Source: an uncultured Alphaproteobacteria bacterium (GTDB taxonomy: Bacteria > Pseudomonadota > Alphaproteobacteria > Methylaequorales > Methylaequoraceae). Taken from it: a stretch of 64,000 bases of DNA. Under the pieces are notes generated by a model. The model was not told the DNA's origin. It searched no databases and saw only the letters and a program-made list of their open reading frames with translations. This document shows positions 1-11,043 of this stretch, one piece after another (within the stretch, counting starts at the first letter, position 1; every line of letters starts with the position of its first letter). Position numbers and translations under genes: made by a program. The DNA lies in assembly GCA_902595755.1 (NCBI GenBank), contig CACJRF010000005.1, forward strand, positions 6,859 to 70,858. Reading direction: 5' to 3'.

Positions 1-2
1 AT

Positions 3-1847
3 ATTTGTATTTCTTCATCTTTTATTCTTATTTTTTCTTCAATTTGTGCATTTTTATCTTTTCTGAATTTAGAAACAAATCAAGATCAAGCTATAGTTCT
101 TTCAAACTGGATAAACTCAGGAAGTTTTAGTGTTGATTGGTCTGTTCAATATAATTTACTCTCTTCAAGCATGGTTCTAATGGTAAATTTTGTCTCTACG
201 CTGATCCATATTTATTCTGTTGGGTATATGGTTAAAGATGATAGAAAAGTAATTTTTATGGGCTATTTAGGTCTATTTACTTTTTTTATGCTTTTTTTAG
301 TTTCATCATCAAACCTTCTACAACTTTTTCTTGGGTGGGAAGGCGTAGGCTTAACATCTTATTTACTGATAGGTTTTTGGTATAAAAAGAATCAAGCTAA
401 TGTTGCAGCAATAAAGGCATTTGTTGTAAACAGGGTAGGTGATTTCGGACTGATTTTGGCTCTTTTCGCAACGTTTATTGTATTTGGAACCTTGAACATA
501 AATGAAATCCTACTCCTATTAGAGTCTCAAAATACAACTAGAGTTGAATTCTTAGGATTTCAGTTTCACTCAATAACATTGATTGTAGTTTTAATCTTTA
601 TTGGTTGTATGGGAAAATCAGCACAGTTCGGTTTACATGTATGGTTACCCGATGCTATGGAGGGCCCAACACCTGTTTCAGCCTTAATACATGCTGCAAC
701 TATGGTCACTGCTGGTGTCTTTTTACTTATAATTCTGTCACCACTTATTGAAGAGTCTAGCCAAATTTCAAGATCCATTATACTTATTATTGGAACAATA
801 ACTTGCATTTTTGCTTCCAGTGTGGCTATCTTTCAAAATGATATTAAGAGAATAATTGCTTATTCTACTTGTAGTCAACTTGGTTATATGTTTATGGCAA
901 TTGGGGTTTCAGCTTATTCTGTTGCATATTTTCATTTATTATCGCATGCATTTTTTAAAGCTTTGCTCTTTCTAGGCGCTGGGTCAATAATTCATAGTAT
1001 GTCTGATGAACAAAATATTAAAAAAATGGGGGGGCTTTATAACAAAATTCCTTTGACTTATATAACAATGTTAATTGGGTCTTTTTCTTTAATGGGTTTA
1101 CCTTTTTTAAGTGGTTATTATTCAAAAGATCTAATAATTGAATTTATATACTTAGGTCAATCAAATATTAAAATTTATGCCTATATTATTTCAATAGTTA
1201 GCGTTTTATTTACCACAATATATTCAGTTAGACTTTTAATTTACGTATTTCATAGAGAAAATAGATCTGATGAGAAAGTTTTTGCCCATATTCATGAATC
1301 TCCTCTCATAATGATACTACCACTTACGATTTTATCTATTTTTGCAATATTCTTCGGTATGCTAATGAATAGTTATTTTGCTGGAGAAAGTTTGTTTAAA
1401 GTATGGGGTGAATTCATGTTTATCAATAATGATATAAACGATGAGTATACAATTGGTAATGTTCCTATCTTAGTAAAAAAATCACCATTATTTGCAATAA
1501 TTTTCGGTATTTTTATATGTTTTTTAATATATTTTACATTTAAAGAGTATAGTCAAGCATTGAAAAAAAGGTTAATGATTTTAGTTAATTTTTTTGAAAA
1601 CAAGTTGTACATAGATGAAATTTATAACTTTATTTTTGTTAAAACATCATTTTATCTTGGTAAAGGTTTTTGGAAATCAATAGATACCGACTTAATTGAT
1701 AATCTCGGTCCTAACGGTATCTCAAGATTAGTTGGTTCATTTGGAAAAGTGGTTTCTAGATTTCAATCTGGATATTTATATCATTATGTTCTATCAGTTG
1801 TTGTTGGACTTACTTTATTTTTAAGTATATATATTTATATTTTGTGA
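3..1847 (+). CDS. nuoL: NADH-quinone oxidoreductase subunit L (5' end outside window)
   Basis: Motifs GWEGVGLTSYLLIGFW, NRVGD, GKSAQFGLHVWLPDAMEGPTPVSALIHAATMVTAG. The frame stays open back to position 3 (ICISSSFIL...NWINSGSFSVDW), so the true start is upstream of the window. Confidence 0.97.
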   Translation: MCISSSFILIFSSICAFLSFLNLETNQDQAIVLSNWINSGSFSVDWSVQYNLLSSSMVLMVNFVSTLIHIYSVGYMVKDDRKVIFMGYLGLFTFFMLFLVSSSNLLQLFLGWEGVGLTSYLLIGFWYKKNQANVAAIKAFVVNRVGDFGLILALFATFIVFGTLNINEILLLLESQNTTRVEFLGFQFHSITLIVVLIFIGCMGKSAQFGLHVWLPDAMEGPTPVSALIHAATMVTAGVFLLIILSPLIEESSQISRSIILIIGTITCIFASSVAIFQNDIKRIIAYSTCSQLGYMFMAIGVSAYSVAYFHLLSHAFFKALLFLGAGSIIHSMSDEQNIKKMGGLYNKIPLTYITMLIGSFSLMGLPFLSGYYSKDLIIEFIYLGQSNIKIYAYIISIVSVLFTTIYSVRLLIYVFHRENRSDEKVFAHIHESPLIMILPLTILSIFAIFFGMLMNSYFAGESLFKVWGEFMFINNDINDEYTIGNVPILVKKSPLFAIIFGIFICFLIYFTFKEYSQALKKRLMILVNFFENKLYIDEIYNFIFVKTSFYLGKGFWKSIDTDLIDNLGPNGISRLVGSFGKVVSRFQSGYLYHYVLSVVVGLTLFLSIYIYIL

Positions 1848-3328
1848 TGTTAAATCTCCCTATTTTACCTATCCTAATAGCTTTGCCTCTTGTAGGATTA
1901 GCATTTGTTTTACTTTCACCAGAAGGGGATGATTTTGCAAAAGAGTCGAAAAAATCAGCTATATGGACTTCCTCAAGTACTTTTTTGTTATCATTATATC
2001 TTCCTATAAATTTTGATAAATCAATTCCTCATTTTCAGTTTGTTAATACATTTTCATGGTTTAATAGTGATAATTTAAGATTTTCTCTTGGTGTTGATGG
2101 GTTGTCAATGCCTTTTGTAATTCTTTCAACATTTTTAATATTGTTATGCATAATTTTTATTTATCCTCAAAATAAAAAAAATATGAAAATGTATTTGGCT
2201 TCATTTTTACTACTTGAATCCTTTCTCATTGGGGCATTTAGCGCAATAGATCTTTTTTCCTTTTATGTTTTTTTTGAATCAATTTTAATTCCAATGTATT
2301 TACTAATTGGTTTTTGGGGTGGTGAAAGACGTATATATTCTGCATATAAATTCTTTCTATACACATTTTTAGGTTCAGTTTTAATGTTAGTTGCAATAAT
2401 ATTTCTTTACCAAGAATTTGGAACAATAAGCATTCCTAAATTATTAGATACAACTTTACCATTTTATCTTCAAGTTTGGCTTTGGCTTGCTTTTTTCTCA
2501 TCATTTGCTGTCAAAATTCCAATGTGGCCCTTTCATACATGGCTTCCTGATGCGCATGTAGAAGCCCCAACAGAAGGCTCTGTTATTTTAGCTGGAATAC
2601 TCTTAAAATTAGGAGGTTATGGTTTTATAAGATTTAATTTATCGTTATTACCCGATGCTTCTATTTTTTTTACACCATTTATATACTTTCTATCGGTGGT
2701 TGCAATTATTTATACATCCTTTATCGCGTTAGTTCAGGAAGATATGAAAAAACTTATTGCATATTCATCTGTTGCTCATATGGGCTTTGTTACTCTCGGA
2801 ATTTTTTCTGCTAATATTCAAGGTCTCCATGGCGCAGTTATTCAAATGATATCTCATGGATTGATTTCTGCTGCGTTATTCTTTTGTATCGGTTCAATTT
2901 ATAATCGATTTCATACTAAGCAAATTGCTTATTTTGGGGGGTTAAATTCAAAACTTCCAAAACTATCAATTCTTTTTTTAATATTTACATTAGGCTCAAT
3001 AGGTTTTCCAGGAACCTCGGGCTTTGTTGGTGAGTTTTTAACATTACTTGCTGCATATAGTAAAAATACTATAGTTGCTTTCATATCAGCTTTTGGGGTT
3101 ATACTTGCTGCCTCATATATGTTAATTTTATATAAAAAAGTATTTTTAGGTATTACAAACGAAAATTTAAAAACAAAAGTTAATGATCTTTCAATTTTTG
3201 AGCTAATAGTATACGTTAAACTTACTTTTTTAATATTATTAATTGGTATTAAACCCGATATAATTCTGGATTTTACTACTAGTTCTTTAGATAGAATTAC
3301 TAAATTTTATCCAATTTCAATATTTTGA
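1847..3328 (+). CDS. nuoM: NADH-quinone oxidoreductase subunit M
   Basis: Motifs KIPMWPFHTWLPDAHVEAPT and KKLIAYSSVAHMG. ATG at 1847 overlaps the nuoL stop (TGATG). Confidence 0.97.
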   Translation: MLNLPILPILIALPLVGLAFVLLSPEGDDFAKESKKSAIWTSSSTFLLSLYLPINFDKSIPHFQFVNTFSWFNSDNLRFSLGVDGLSMPFVILSTFLILLCIIFIYPQNKKNMKMYLASFLLLESFLIGAFSAIDLFSFYVFFESILIPMYLLIGFWGGERRIYSAYKFFLYTFLGSVLMLVAIIFLYQEFGTISIPKLLDTTLPFYLQVWLWLAFFSSFAVKIPMWPFHTWLPDAHVEAPTEGSVILAGILLKLGGYGFIRFNLSLLPDASIFFTPFIYFLSVVAIIYTSFIALVQEDMKKLIAYSSVAHMGFVTLGIFSANIQGLHGAVIQMISHGLISAALFFCIGSIYNRFHTKQIAYFGGLNSKLPKLSILFLIFTLGSIGFPGTSGFVGEFLTLLAAYSKNTIVAFISAFGVILAASYMLILYKKVFLGITNENLKTKVNDLSIFELIVYVKLTFLILLIGIKPDIILDFTTSSLDRITKFYPISIF

Positions 3329-3335
3329 GGTCAAA

Positions 3336-4763
3336 TTGTATATACTTCCTGAAATTTTTATTAGTTTATCCACTTTAATCTTACTTCTTTTGGCTTCTTT
3401 TAGTAAGAAGATCAATCAAAAAGACATGGCATACTTTTCTTTATTTATTATATTCTTCGCTCAGTTTTTTATTCTAAAAGATATTTTTTACTATGAAGAA
3501 ATTTTTAACGGTTTCTTTATTGTTGACTCATTTAGTTCTTTTATGAAACTGTTAATTTTAATTTGTGCGGGTTTAATAGTCTATTTTTATATTATAGTTA
3601 AAAACCCAGTATCCTTAAACAGACCAGAGTTTCCTATTCTTATTTTATTTGCACTAGTAGGAATGATGTTAATGGTCTCCGCAAATAATTTTTTGTCTTT
3701 ATTTATGTCAATTGAGCTTCAAAGTTTAACACTTTATATACTTGTTTCTTTTTCTAGAAAAGATTCTTTTTCATCTGAAGCAGGTGTCAAGTACTTTATA
3801 ATTGGGAGTCTTTCGACTTGTATATTCTTATTTGGGACAAGCTTAATTTATGGACTAGTTGGATCAGTTTCTTTTGAAAGCATAAGTATATTTATGTCTG
3901 AACAATTAACTATGCCAACATTCTTAATTGTTGGTTTAATTTTTATTTTAGTTTCAATATCATTAAAAATATCTGCTGCTCCATTTCACATGTGGACCCC
4001 TGATGTTTATCAAGGAGCACCCACGTTAGTAACAACACTTTTGTCAACAATACCTAAGATAGCCGCTTTTGGTGTGCTAATTAGGTTGCTTGTTTACCCT
4101 TTTAGTGAAATAACTATTGATTGGGGTAAGATTTTGATAATTTTATCAATTACTTCAATGTTAGTTGGTTCACTTGGAGCACTTCTTCAGTCAGATTTAA
4201 AAAGATTGATGGCTTACAGCACTATAAATCACATTGGATTTATGTTAATGGGTCTTATTCCTGGAACTGAGGATGGGATAACTGCTATTTGTATTTATAT
4301 CATTTTTTATGTGACAATGAATCTCGGTATATTTTTGTTTATATTAAATATGAATAGGGATCAAATTAATGTTAGTAGTATCAAAGATTTATCTGGTTTA
4401 TACAAAAGTCAACCTTTAATGGCCACATTTATGGCAATCTTATTATTTTCTATGGCAGGTATACCACCTATGGCAGGTTTCATTGGAAAGCTTATAATTT
4501 TGAACTTAGTTATAGATAATAACCTTTTTTATTTAGCTATTATTGCTGTATTAACTTCAGTAATTGCAGCATTTTATTATATTAGATTGATAAAATGTAT
4601 ATTTTTTGATCAACCACAAGATGAACTAGATATTATTAGTAATAATCAATCTAAATATTTATTGGGTTTTTTTGCGACCTTTAATGTTATAGTAATATTT
4701 GTTCCACAGTTTTTTTTAGATTTGTGTTCATCAGTTACACTATCTCTATTTGCATTAAACTAA
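3336..4763 (+). CDS. nuoN: NADH-quinone oxidoreductase subunit N
   Basis: Motifs EAGVKYFIIG, PFHMWTPDVYQGAP, SMAGIPPMAGFIGK. TTG start with GAGG upstream; follows nuoLM. Confidence 0.96.
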   Translation: MYILPEIFISLSTLILLLLASFSKKINQKDMAYFSLFIIFFAQFFILKDIFYYEEIFNGFFIVDSFSSFMKLLILICAGLIVYFYIIVKNPVSLNRPEFPILILFALVGMMLMVSANNFLSLFMSIELQSLTLYILVSFSRKDSFSSEAGVKYFIIGSLSTCIFLFGTSLIYGLVGSVSFESISIFMSEQLTMPTFLIVGLIFILVSISLKISAAPFHMWTPDVYQGAPTLVTTLLSTIPKIAAFGVLIRLLVYPFSEITIDWGKILIILSITSMLVGSLGALLQSDLKRLMAYSTINHIGFMLMGLIPGTEDGITAICIYIIFYVTMNLGIFLFILNMNRDQINVSSIKDLSGLYKSQPLMATFMAILLFSMAGIPPMAGFIGKLIILNLVIDNNLFYLAIIAVLTSVIAAFYYIRLIKCIFFDQPQDELDIISNNQSKYLLGFFATFNVIVIFVPQFFLDLCSSVTLSLFALN

Positions 4764-4766
4764 ATA

Positions 4767-5489
4767 ATGACGAATTTTTTTGACCTATATTTTTATAAAT
4801 CAATTAATAATACCAATGATAAATTGAAAGAAATTAGATTAGTAAATCCAAATCGTAATATTTCTCTGTTTTCTGCTTATCAAAGTAATGGTAAAGGTAG
4901 ATCAGGAAAAGTTTGGTTAAGTAATAAAGGAGATTTGACATGTTCGTTTTTAATAAATCAATCACTTTCATTTAAGGACATAGGAAAAATAAATATAATA
5001 TTTGTAAATATTTTATTTAATTTTTTTAAAAACTTTAAAATTAAATATCCTATAAAATATAAATGGCCAAATGATATTAAAATTAATGATAGAAAAATTT
5101 CAGGAATATTAATAGAAACATTTTCCAATATTAAAAATATAGAAAGTTTTATTGTCGGTATTGGAATTAATTTAATGTCGTCTCCAAAAATAGAATCAAA
5201 TAAAACACTGTCCCTTTCAAAGTTAAATATTAATATTGAGCCTATAGATGCATTTTTTTTATTACAAAAAGAAGTAACTTATCTTTTCAGTGAATTTAAT
5301 AATTTAGATTTTTTATCTCTTAGTAAAAATTTAAATTTAAACTTTTATGAAAATAAGAAAGAATTAAATATTAAAGTGAACGATAAATTGATAAGTGGTA
5401 CTTTCAAAGAAATTAACAGTCATGGTGAACTTATTTTAGATACTTATAATAATAACAAAAAAAAAATTTCGTTTGGAGAGATTATTTGA
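4767..5489 (+). CDS. birA: Biotin--[acetyl-CoA-carboxylase] ligase, no N-terminal HTH
   Basis: Motifs QSNGKGRSGKVW, KWPND, KISGILIE, GIGIN; conserved position after nuoN. Confidence 0.92.
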   Translation: MTNFFDLYFYKSINNTNDKLKEIRLVNPNRNISLFSAYQSNGKGRSGKVWLSNKGDLTCSFLINQSLSFKDIGKINIIFVNILFNFFKNFKIKYPIKYKWPNDIKINDRKISGILIETFSNIKNIESFIVGIGINLMSSPKIESNKTLSLSKLNINIEPIDAFFLLQKEVTYLFSEFNNLDFLSLSKNLNLNFYENKKELNIKVNDKLISGTFKEINSHGELILDTYNNNKKKISFGEII

Positions 5490-6247
5490 ATATTTTAACC
5501 ATTGATGTAGGAAACACTAATATATCTATATGTCTCTTTAATAAAGAAAAACCAATTAAATTTGTTAAAATTAGAAACACTGAGATAACTAAAATTATGC
5601 TAAAAAAACATCTTTTAATAAAAAATACAAAAAATTCATTTACAAATATCGTAATATCATCAGTTGTACCCTCAATTTCTGAAGTGATTATTGGTTTTTT
5701 AAAAGCCTATAAAGTCAAATTTTATCTACTGAAAGATTTAGTTAAAACTTTAGATATTAAAATTAATATTAAAAATAAAAAGAAAATTGGTGATGACAGA
5801 ATTGTAAATGCATACTATGCAAAAAAAAAATATTCAAAAAACTTGATTATAATTGATTTTGGAACAGCAACGACATTTGATGTTATCGATTCAAAGGGTA
5901 ATTATGACGGAGGAATTATTACTCCTGGTATAGATCTGTCTTTAAAAGTTCTTTCAGAAAAAACTGCAAAATTACCATTAGTAAAATTTGTAAAAACTAA
6001 AAATATTATTGGTAGAGATACAAAAAGTGCTATTCAGTCAGGTTTTTTTTGGGGATACATTTCTATGATACAAGGACTTGTAAAAAATATATCTAGAGAA
6101 AAGAAAGATTACTTTAGGATTATTCTTACTGGAGGAAATTGTAACATTTTTAAGAGCCTTATTGAAAATGTTATAGTAAGTGATGATTTATTTAATTCTA
6201 AGGGATTGAATTTTATAATGAATGAGTATTTAAAAAATGAATATTAA
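5486..6247 (+). CDS. coaX: Type III pantothenate kinase
   Basis: Motifs IDVGNTN, SSVVP, IGDDR, IDFGTATTFD, LTGG. TTG start overlaps the birA stop. Confidence 0.94.
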   Translation: MNILTIDVGNTNISICLFNKEKPIKFVKIRNTEITKIMLKKHLLIKNTKNSFTNIVISSVVPSISEVIIGFLKAYKVKFYLLKDLVKTLDIKINIKNKKKIGDDRIVNAYYAKKKYSKNLIIIDFGTATTFDVIDSKGNYDGGIITPGIDLSLKVLSEKTAKLPLVKFVKTKNIIGRDTKSAIQSGFFWGYISMIQGLVKNISREKKDYFRIILTGGNCNIFKSLIENVIVSDDLFNSKGLNFIMNEYLKNEY

Positions 6248-7886
6248 AAACGACAATCTATATTTTTTACCATTGGGTGGTTCAGGTGAGATAGGAATGA
6301 ACTGTAACCTTTATCATTATAAAGGTAAATGGATCATGGTTGATTTGGGTGTAATGTTCAGTAATTCTGATCTTGAGCCATATGACATACTCATGCCTGA
6401 TATTGATTTTATTATAAATCGTAAGAAAGATCTGTCTGCAATAATTTTAACTCATGCACATGAAGATCATATCGGGGCAGTTCCTTATTTGTATTCAGAG
6501 TTTAGTAATATACCTATTTATACAACTTCCTTTACTGCATCTGTTCTGAAACGTAAATTTGATTCTAATCAAAATAGCAAACTAAATCTTAAGCTATTTG
6601 AATATAATAAAAGTTTTAAAATAGGTTATTTTTCAGTTCAAATTTGTTCTTTAACGCATTCAATACCTGAACCAAATGCGATTATTTTAAAAACTGAAAA
6701 AGGTAATATATTTCATACTGGTGACTGGAAGATTGACCCTAATCCTCTTGTTGGCTCTCCAATTGATGAAAATGAAATTAAAGAAATATGTAATGACGGT
6801 ATTACCGCAATGATTTGTGATTCTACAAATGTTTTTAATGAAAATCCCTCAGGAAGTGAATTTGAAGTAAGGGAAAGCTTAAAAAAAATTTTTTCTGAGA
6901 GAAAAAAAGGAAAAATAATAATCACATGCTTTGCTTCAAACATTGCGCGATTAGAAACAATTTTAAAAGTATCAGACGAACTAAACAAATGTTGCTTTTT
7001 TTTAGGAAGATCTTTATTTAGAATATACGAATCAGCAATTGAGAATAATTATCTTAAGCAGTTTAATAATATTATAAATGAAAAAGATTCTAGGTTAATT
7101 AATGATGATGATCTTGTAATTATTTGTACAGGTAGTCAAGGTGAAAGTAGAGCTGGTTTATCAAGAATAGTTAATGGTAATCATAAAAATTTAAACATTA
7201 GTTCTGAAGATCTTGTTATTTTTTCATCTAGAGAAATTCCAGGAAATGAAAAGCAAATAAATGAAATAAAAAAAGAGATTATGAAGATTGGTTGTCATAT
7301 ATTGGACCATAGAAATTCTATGGTACATGTTTCTGGACACCCCTCAAAAAAAGAACTTAAAACTATGTATGATTGGGTTTCACCTAAATCCTTAATACCA
7401 GTACACGGAGAATATAGACATTTAAAAGAACACTCGGCTTTCGCAAAAAAATGCGGAATCAAAGATCAACTTTTGGTGGAAAATGGAGATCTAGTCTTAT
7501 TAGATAACAATAAACAATCAATTATTACTAACAAAATTCCTTCTGGTAGAAAGGCTTTAAAAGGTAACCAAATCATATCGGTAGATAGTAAGTATTTCCA
7601 GAATATTAAAAAAATATCAAACGATGGCCAACTTTTTATCAATATAATAATAAGCATCAATAATGATTTAAAAGCTGATCCAGTTTTATATTGTCCAACA
7701 TTAGCACTTGATGAAGATGATTTGGTTAATTTAAAAGACTATTTAAAAAAAGAAATCATATTAATTTCTAAAAATTGTATTGATGATAATATTTTCGGTC
7801 ATGAAATAAAGATAATTGCAAGAACATACATAAAAAAGAAAATTGGTTTAAAACCTTCTACAAATGTTGAGATTATAAGGATATAG
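6237..7886 (+). CDS. rnj: Ribonuclease J
   Basis: Motifs PLGGSGEIGMN, THAHEDHIGA, HTGDWKID, HVSGH, PVHGEYRH. Confidence 0.95.
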   Translation: MNIKNDNLYFLPLGGSGEIGMNCNLYHYKGKWIMVDLGVMFSNSDLEPYDILMPDIDFIINRKKDLSAIILTHAHEDHIGAVPYLYSEFSNIPIYTTSFTASVLKRKFDSNQNSKLNLKLFEYNKSFKIGYFSVQICSLTHSIPEPNAIILKTEKGNIFHTGDWKIDPNPLVGSPIDENEIKEICNDGITAMICDSTNVFNENPSGSEFEVRESLKKIFSERKKGKIIITCFASNIARLETILKVSDELNKCCFFLGRSLFRIYESAIENNYLKQFNNIINEKDSRLINDDDLVIICTGSQGESRAGLSRIVNGNHKNLNISSEDLVIFSSREIPGNEKQINEIKKEIMKIGCHILDHRNSMVHVSGHPSKKELKTMYDWVSPKSLIPVHGEYRHLKEHSAFAKKCGIKDQLLVENGDLVLLDNNKQSIITNKIPSGRKALKGNQIISVDSKYFQNIKKISNDGQLFINIIISINNDLKADPVLYCPTLALDEDDLVNLKDYLKKEIILISKNCIDDNIFGHEIKIIARTYIKKKIGLKPSTNVEIIRI

Positions 7887-7900
7887 AATATAATATAAAT

Positions 7901-8305
7901 ATGATTACAAAATTTAACCACGTAGCAATCGTAGTTCCAAACTTAGATGAAGCTGCACAAAAGTATAAAACTGTTTTAGGAGCCAAGGTTTCAGAACCTT
8001 TTGATTACCTTGAGCATGGAGTAAGTGTAGTATTTGTTGAGCTAGATAATACAAAGATAGAATTGATGCACCCATATGGTGAAAAATCACCTATAAAATC
8101 TTTTTTAGAGAAAAATAGTTCTGGTGCTATGCATCATATCTGTATGGAAGTGAAAGATATATTTAAAGCCTGCGGTGAAATGAAGAAAAATGGTGTAAGG
8201 ATTCTTGGAGATGGCACTCCAAAAAATGGAGCTCATAATAAACCAGTAATTTTTTTACATCCTAAAGATTTTTTTGGTACCTTAATAGAACTTGAGCAGG
8301 AGTAA
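7901..8305 (+). CDS. mce: Methylmalonyl-CoA epimerase (VOC family)
   Basis: Motifs NHVAIVVP, HHICMEV, GAHNKPVIFLHPKDFFGTLIELEQ; conserved position after rnj. Confidence 0.93.
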   Translation: MITKFNHVAIVVPNLDEAAQKYKTVLGAKVSEPFDYLEHGVSVVFVELDNTKIELMHPYGEKSPIKSFLEKNSSGAMHHICMEVKDIFKACGEMKKNGVRILGDGTPKNGAHNKPVIFLHPKDFFGTLIELEQE

Positions 8306-8307
8306 CT

Positions 8308-8526
8308 TTGTTCGGTTTAGAATCCTTAGTTATTTATGTGATCTTTTGGTGGTTAATCCTTTTTGTTACTCTACCATTTGGTATTTCTAGAGATAAAAAA
8401 GTTATTCACGGAAATGACCCAGGTGCTCCAAAAAAAACTTTATTAAAGAAAAAAGTTTTAATCACATCATTTGCTTCCTTAATTTTAACTGTTATTTTTT
8501 CCATTATAAAAAATGAAATATTCTAA
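8308..8526 (+). CDS. DUF1467 family small membrane protein
   Basis: Pattern IFWWLILFVTLPFG...GNDPGAP; lies between mce and proS; TTG start with AGGAG upstream. Confidence 0.8.
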   Translation: MFGLESLVIYVIFWWLILFVTLPFGISRDKKVIHGNDPGAPKKTLLKKKVLITSFASLILTVIFSIIKNEIF

Positions 8527-9817
8527 CTTTTTTATTTCAACTCAAAAAGATGTTTCCAAAGATGTAAAATTAATTTCACATTTATTTATGCTTAAATCTG
8601 GGATGATTCGTCAAGAAACATCTGGTATATATAGTTGGCTACCTATTGGATTTCGTGTTTTAAAAAAAGTAATTAAGATAATTGAGGAAATTCACGACCG
8701 TCACAATATTAATCAAATCTTAATGCCAACAATTCAGAGTGCTGATATATGGAAAATTAGTAATAGATATGAAAGTTATGGAAAAGAAATGCTTAAAATA
8801 ACTGATAGAAATGAAAAAGAATTATTATATGGCCCTACAAATGAAGAAATGATTACAGCGATTGGTAAGCATTACTTAAAAAGTTATAAAGATCTTCCGT
8901 TAAATTTATATCATATTCAAAGCAAATTTAGAGATGAAATCCGTCCTAGATTCGGAGTGATGAGAGCAAGAGAATTTTTGATGAAAGATGCTTATAGTTT
9001 TGATTTGACTGAAGAAGATTGTCTTACGACATATATTAATTACTTTAAAATGTATCTATTTATTTTTAAAAAATTAGGTATTCCAATTATACCTGTTAAA
9101 GCACCTAGTGGAGAAATTGGAGGGAGTTTATCCCATGAGTTTCATATGATTGTTGATAGTGGTGAGTCTGAAATTTGCTTTTCAGATGAGTTGCTAAAAA
9201 AGAATTTATTAGATATTTCTGATTCAGAACTTATAAATATAAGATCCTACACTTCTGATTTTGATAAAATAGAAGTAGGAAAAGATAAATTAATAAAAAA
9301 AAAAAGTATTGAACTCGGCCATATATTTCTTTTTGGACAAAAATACTCTAAACCTTTTGATCTACATGTTGATTCAAAGAATGGTAAAGTATTTCCTTAC
9401 ATGGGATCTTACGGAATTGGTGTTTCAAGAATACCTGCAGCTGTAATTGAAAAGTTTCATGATGAAAAAGGTATAGTTTGGCCTAAAGAAATATCACCTT
9501 TTCAAATAATTATAATAAACCTTCTTACAAAAGATAAAGTTTGCTGTAATTATACTGATTATTTATATGAACATTTAAAAAATAACAGATTAGATATATT
9601 GTTAGATGATAGAGATGAAAGTGCTGGAAAAAAATTTGCTGACGCTGATCTATCAGGCATTCCTTTAAAATTAATAATAGGTAAAAACTTTTTGAATGAA
9701 AATTTAATTGGAGTTAGTTTTAGAAATTTAAACAAAGAGGAACTAATTCACAAATCAGAGATAGAAAGTTATTTAAATAAATTTATAAAAAATATAACTC
9801 ATGATTACAAAATTTGA
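8513..9817 (+). CDS. proS: Proline--tRNA ligase (short form, no INS editing domain)
   Basis: Motifs GPTNEE, KFRDEIRPRFGVMRAREFLMKDAYSF, GSYGIGVSR; 434 aa. Confidence 0.96.
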   Translation: MKYSNFFISTQKDVSKDVKLISHLFMLKSGMIRQETSGIYSWLPIGFRVLKKVIKIIEEIHDRHNINQILMPTIQSADIWKISNRYESYGKEMLKITDRNEKELLYGPTNEEMITAIGKHYLKSYKDLPLNLYHIQSKFRDEIRPRFGVMRAREFLMKDAYSFDLTEEDCLTTYINYFKMYLFIFKKLGIPIIPVKAPSGEIGGSLSHEFHMIVDSGESEICFSDELLKKNLLDISDSELINIRSYTSDFDKIEVGKDKLIKKKSIELGHIFLFGQKYSKPFDLHVDSKNGKVFPYMGSYGIGVSRIPAAVIEKFHDEKGIVWPKEISPFQIIIINLLTKDKVCCNYTDYLYEHLKNNRLDILLDDRDESAGKKFADADLSGIPLKLIIGKNFLNENLIGVSFRNLNKEELIHKSEIESYLNKFIKNITHDYKI

Positions 9818-11042
9818 TATCTGGGTCTCAACGAAGTATATTCTACCTAAGACAAGGGAAAAGTTTTTTTCTTTGATTACTATTTTTTCATTCTTAGGTA
9901 TTGCCTTAGGTGTTGCAACTTTAATAATAGTAATGTCAGTAATGAATGGCTTTAGAGAGGAACTTACAAAAAAGATACTAAATATAAATGGTCATTTAAA
10001 AATTCAAACTTTCTATAATGTAAAAAAAGAAAAGACTAATATTAAATTATTAATAAATAATGAATTTAAAGATATTATTGTTCAACCAATTTATACCGAT
10101 CAGGGTTTGTTAAATTCAAAAAATTTTACTACAGGTGTTTTACTTAAAGGTATAAATTATTCATTCTTTGAGGAAAGAAAAATTCTTAAAAATGATTTTA
10201 CAAAGAGTCAGATCCAATCTTTTAAAAAAAATCAAGGTATTATAATTGGTAAAAAATTAGCAAATAAATTAAGACTTAAGTTGGGTGATAGTATTAAAAT
10301 AATTTCATCAAAAAGTTATGAGACTTTAGTTGGTAATATCCCAAGAGAAGCTTCATTTAAAGTCATTGGCTTTTTTGAAATCGGAATGTACGAGTATGAT
10401 ACATCCTTGGTATTTTTTCCATTTAAATTAATGAATCAATTTTTAAATAAAAAAAATCCAGATCATTATGAAATATTATTAAAAGATTTTGATAATATTG
10501 ATAACATTAGACTTGGCATTACTAAGATTATACCATCATTTTATAAAGTATTTGATTGGAGACAACTAAACCCTTCCTTATTTAATGCAATTGAAGTTGA
10601 AAGAAATGTAATGTTTATAATACTGACTTTAATCATTATTGTTGCTGCATTTAATCTAATATCATCTATGATGATATTAGTTTCAACAAAAACAAAGGAT
10701 ATTGGTATATTAAGAGTACTTGGAGTTTCAAGGTTTCAACTTCTTAAAATTTTTATAATTAATGGATTGCTAATAGGACTTTTTGGAACAATTTCGGGCT
10801 TAATTCTTGGACTATTATTTTGTTTAAATATTAACGAAATAAAAGGATTCATAGAATTATTTAGTGATTCTGAATTATTCTCAGAAGAAATTTACTTTTT
10901 TTCAAATCTACCAGTCATTATTGATTCAAGTCAAATAATAGTTATTTCTTCAATATCTTTGTTACTTTCATTTTTAGCAACCATTTATCCTTCAATCAAA
11001 GCATCCAAAGTAGAACCAATAAACTTAATAAAATGGGAATAA
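9801..11042 (+). CDS. lolC: Lipoprotein-releasing ABC transporter permease (LolC/E family)
   Basis: Motifs GIALGVATLIIVMSVMNGFREEL and IIIVAAFNLISS; directly precedes lolD. Confidence 0.92.
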   Translation: MITKFDIWVSTKYILPKTREKFFSLITIFSFLGIALGVATLIIVMSVMNGFREELTKKILNINGHLKIQTFYNVKKEKTNIKLLINNEFKDIIVQPIYTDQGLLNSKNFTTGVLLKGINYSFFEERKILKNDFTKSQIQSFKKNQGIIIGKKLANKLRLKLGDSIKIISSKSYETLVGNIPREASFKVIGFFEIGMYEYDTSLVFFPFKLMNQFLNKKNPDHYEILLKDFDNIDNIRLGITKIIPSFYKVFDWRQLNPSLFNAIEVERNVMFIILTLIIIVAAFNLISSMMILVSTKTKDIGILRVLGVSRFQLLKIFIINGLLIGLFGTISGLILGLLFCLNINEIKGFIELFSDSELFSEEIYFFSNLPVIIDSSQIIVISSISLLLSFLATIYPSIKASKVEPINLIKWE

Positions 11043-11043
11043 A

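Noticed and set aside
8513-9817. ProRS lacking the INS editing domain
   Set aside because: The ~440-aa form is a known common type in alphaproteobacteria, not a truncation.
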